A DNA stretch of 64,000 bases from Eledone cirrhosa (lineage: Eukaryota): the NCBI GenBank assembly GCA_964016885.1, contig OZ024749.1, positions 10,044,001 through 10,108,000 of the forward strand. The letters are read 5' to 3'. Below the pieces are notes generated by a model, which searched no databases, was not told the DNA's origin, and worked only from the letters and a program-made list of their open reading frames with translations. Of this stretch, positions 61,501-64,000 are shown piece by piece. The translations under genes were made by a program, and so were the position numbers. Each line of letters starts with the position of its first letter. The first letter of the stretch is position 1.

Positions 61501-64000
61501 GACTTTAGACCCAGTCCTCACTCTCCTCCTTGGGGCTTGGGTTAGACATTAGACCCAGTCCTCACTCTCCTTCTTGGAGCTTGAGTCAGACTTTAGACCC
61601 AGTCCTCACTCTCCTCCTTGGGGCTTGAGTCAGATTTTAGACCCAGTCCTCACTCTCCTTCTTAGGGCTTGAGTCAGACTTTAGACCCAGTCCTCACTCT
61701 CCTCCTTGGGGCTTGAGTTAGACTTTAGACCCAGTCCTCACTCTCCTCCTTGGGACTTGAGTCAGACTTTAGACCCAGTCCTCACTATCCTTGGGGCTTG
61801 AGTTAGACTTTAGACTCAGTCCTCACTCTCCTTCTTGGGGCTTGAGTCAGACTTTAGAATTTAGACCCAGTCCTCACTCTCCTCCTTGGGGCTTGAGCTA
61901 GACTTTAGACCCAGTCCTCACTCTCCTCCTTGGGACTTGAGTCAGACTTTAGACCCAGTCCTCACTCTCCTCCTTGGGGCTTGGGTCAGCCTTTAGACTT
62001 TAGACCCAGTCCTCACTCTCCTCCTTGGGACTTGTGCCAGACGTTAGACCCAGTCCTCACTCTCCTCCTTGGGACTTGAGTCAGACTTTAGACCCAGTCC
62101 TCACTAACCTTGGGGCTTGAGTTAGACTTTAGACTCAGTCCTCACTCTCCTTCTTGGGGTTTGACTCAGACTTTAGACTTGAGACCCAGTCCTCACTCTC
62201 CTGCTTGGGACTTGTGCCAGACTTTAGACCCAGTCCTCACTCTCCTCCTTGGGACTTGAGTCAGATTTAGACCCAGTCCTCACTCTCCTCCTTGGGACTT
62301 GAGTCAGACTTTAGACCCAGTCCTCACTCTCCTCCTTGGGGCTTGAGTTAGACTTTAGACCCAGTCCTCACTCTCCTCCATGGGGCTTTAGTCAGACTTT
62401 AGACCCAGTCCTCACTCTCCTTGGGGCTTGAGTCAGACTTTAGACTTTAGACTCAGTCCTCACTCTCCTTCTTGGGGTTTGAGTCAGTCTTTAGACTTTA
62501 GACCCAGTCCTCACTCTCCTCCTTGGGGCTTGAGCTAGACTTTAGACCCAGTCCTCACTCTCCTCCTTGGGACTTGAGTCAGACTTTAGACCCAGTCCTC
62601 ACTCTCCTCCTTGGGGCTTGGGTCAGCCTTTAGACTTTAGACCCAGTCCTCACTCTCCTCCTTGGGACTTGTGCCAGACTTTAGACCCAGTCCTCACTCT
62701 CCTCCTTGGGACTTGAGTCAGCATTTAGACCCAGTCCTCACTATCCTTGGGGCTTGAGTTAGACTTTAGACTCAGTCCTCACTCTCCTTCTTGGGGTTTG
62801 AGTCAGACTTTAGACTTGAGACCCAGTCCTCACTCTCCTCCTTGGGACTTGTGCCAGACTTTAGACCCAGTCCTCACTCTCCTCCTTGGGACTTGAGTCA
62901 GACTTTAGACCCAGTCCTCACTCTCCTCCTTGGGACTTGAGTCAGACTTTAGACCCAGTCCTCACTCTCCTCCTTGGGGCTTGAGTTAGACTTTAGACCC
63001 AGTCCTCACTCTCCTCCATGGGGCTTGAGTCAGACTTTAGACCCAGTCCTCACTCTCCTTGGGGCTTGAGTCAGACTTTAGACTTTAGACTCAGTCCTCA
63101 CTCTCCTTCTTGGGGTTTGAGTCAGTCTTTAGACTTTAGACCCAGTCCTCACTCTCCTCCTTGGGGCTTGAGCTAGACTTTAGACCTAGTCCTCACTCTC
63201 CTCCTTGGGGCTTGAGTTAGACATTTGACCCAGTCCTCACTCTCCTCTTTGGGGCATGAGTCAGAATTTAGACCCAGTCTTCACTCTCCTCCTTGGGGAT
63301 TGAGTTAGACTTTAGACCCAGTCCTCACTCTCCTCCTTGGGGCTTGAGTCAGACTTTAGACCCAGTCCTCACTCTCCTTGGGGCTTGAGTCAGACTTTAG
63401 ACCCAGTCCTCACTCACCTCCTTGGGGCTTGAGTTAGATTTAGACTCAGTCCTCACTCTCCTTCTTGGGGCTTGAGTCAGACTTTAGACTTTAGACCCAG
63501 TCCTCACTCTCCTCCTTGAGGCTTGATTTATACTTTAGACCCAGTCCTCACCCCCTTCCTTGGGGCTTGGGTCAGACTTTAGACCCAGTCCTCACTCTCC
63601 TCCTTGGGGCTTGAGTTAGACTTTAGATCCAGTCTTCACTCTCCTCCTTGGGGCTTGAGTCAGACTTTAGACTTTAGACCCAGTCCTCACTCTCCTCCTT
63701 GGGACTTGAGTCAGACTTTAGACCCAATCCTCACTCTCCTTCTTGGGGCTTGAATCAGACTTTAGACCCAGTCCTCACTCTCCTCCTTGGGGCTTGAGTT
63801 AGACTTTAGACCCAGTCCTCACTCTCCTCCTTGGGGCTTGAGTCAGACTTTAGACCCAGTCCTCACTCTCCTCCTTGGGGCTTGAGTTAAACTTTAGACT
63901 TTAGACCCAGTCCTCACTCTCCTTCTTGGGGCTTGAGTCAGACTTTAGACCCAGTCCTCACTCTCCTTCTTGGAGCTTGAGTCAGACTTTAGACCCAGTC
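58500..64000 (+). repeat. Domain E: ~2.2-2.9 kb HOR with an internal ~637-bp sub-duplication
   Basis: TACTTGGGGTTTG occurs at 58728 and 60941 (2213 apart). AGCCTTTAG after GGGTC occurs at 59731, 61988 and 62625 (2257, 637). GATTTATACT occurs at 60631 and 63525 (2894 = 2257 + 637). CCATGG occurs at 60122, 62378 and 63016. Confidence 0.85.

Larger units (their letters stand above)
1..64000 (+). repeat. Tandem satellite array, 44-bp monomer GACTTTAGACCCAGTCCTCACTCTCCTCCTTGGGGCTTGAGTCA, ~1,400 copies, single orientation, open at both window ends
   Basis: The period is read directly (e.g. TTGAGT at 241 and 285). Every line of the window consists of this unit or a variant with 1-5 changes. No unique sequence or inversion was seen. 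Copy number is estimated as 64000 divided by ~45. Confidence 0.99.

Noticed and set aside
1-64000. CRISPR array (short, partly palindromic repeats)
   Set aside because: Monomers abut directly with no unique spacers, and there is no leader or cas gene.
1-64000. Canonical G-quadruplex array
   Set aside because: Each strand has only one run of three or more G per 44 bp. At most weak two-tier GGA structures are possible on the minus strand.
1-64000. Repetitive-protein exon (Pro/Ser-rich RPSPHSPPWGLSQTLDF from the 51-bp unit)
   Set aside because: The dominant unit is 44 bp, not a multiple of 3, so frames rotate into TGA/TAG stops every few monomers. There is no sign of frame preservation.

Overview
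The whole 64 kb window is one uninterrupted, head-to-tail satellite DNA array, most likely eukaryotic heterochromatin. The organism and satellite family cannot be identified from the sequence alone. The consensus monomer is 44 bp: GACTTTAGACCCAGTCCTCACTCTCCTCCTTGGGGCTTGAGTCA (24/44 GC, 28/44 pyrimidine on +, no CpG, no ATG). It is present in roughly 1,400 copies, all in the same orientation as far as I can read. Recurrent length variants are 51 bp (GACTTTA duplicated), 41 bp (3-bp loss in the CT tract) and 42-43 bp. I see no gene, RNA gene, transposon or CRISPR array, and the listed ORFs are TTG-started read-throughs of the repeat. The information lies in the variant pattern. There are nested, irregular higher-order repeats (HORs) of about 0.36-0.7 kb, 1.9-4.3 kb and 12.6-13.4 kb, organised into domains with private marker variants. 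The monomer is also a quasi-palindrome whose recurrent variants often restore base-pairing, and it carries a canonical AP-1 site (TGAGTCA).
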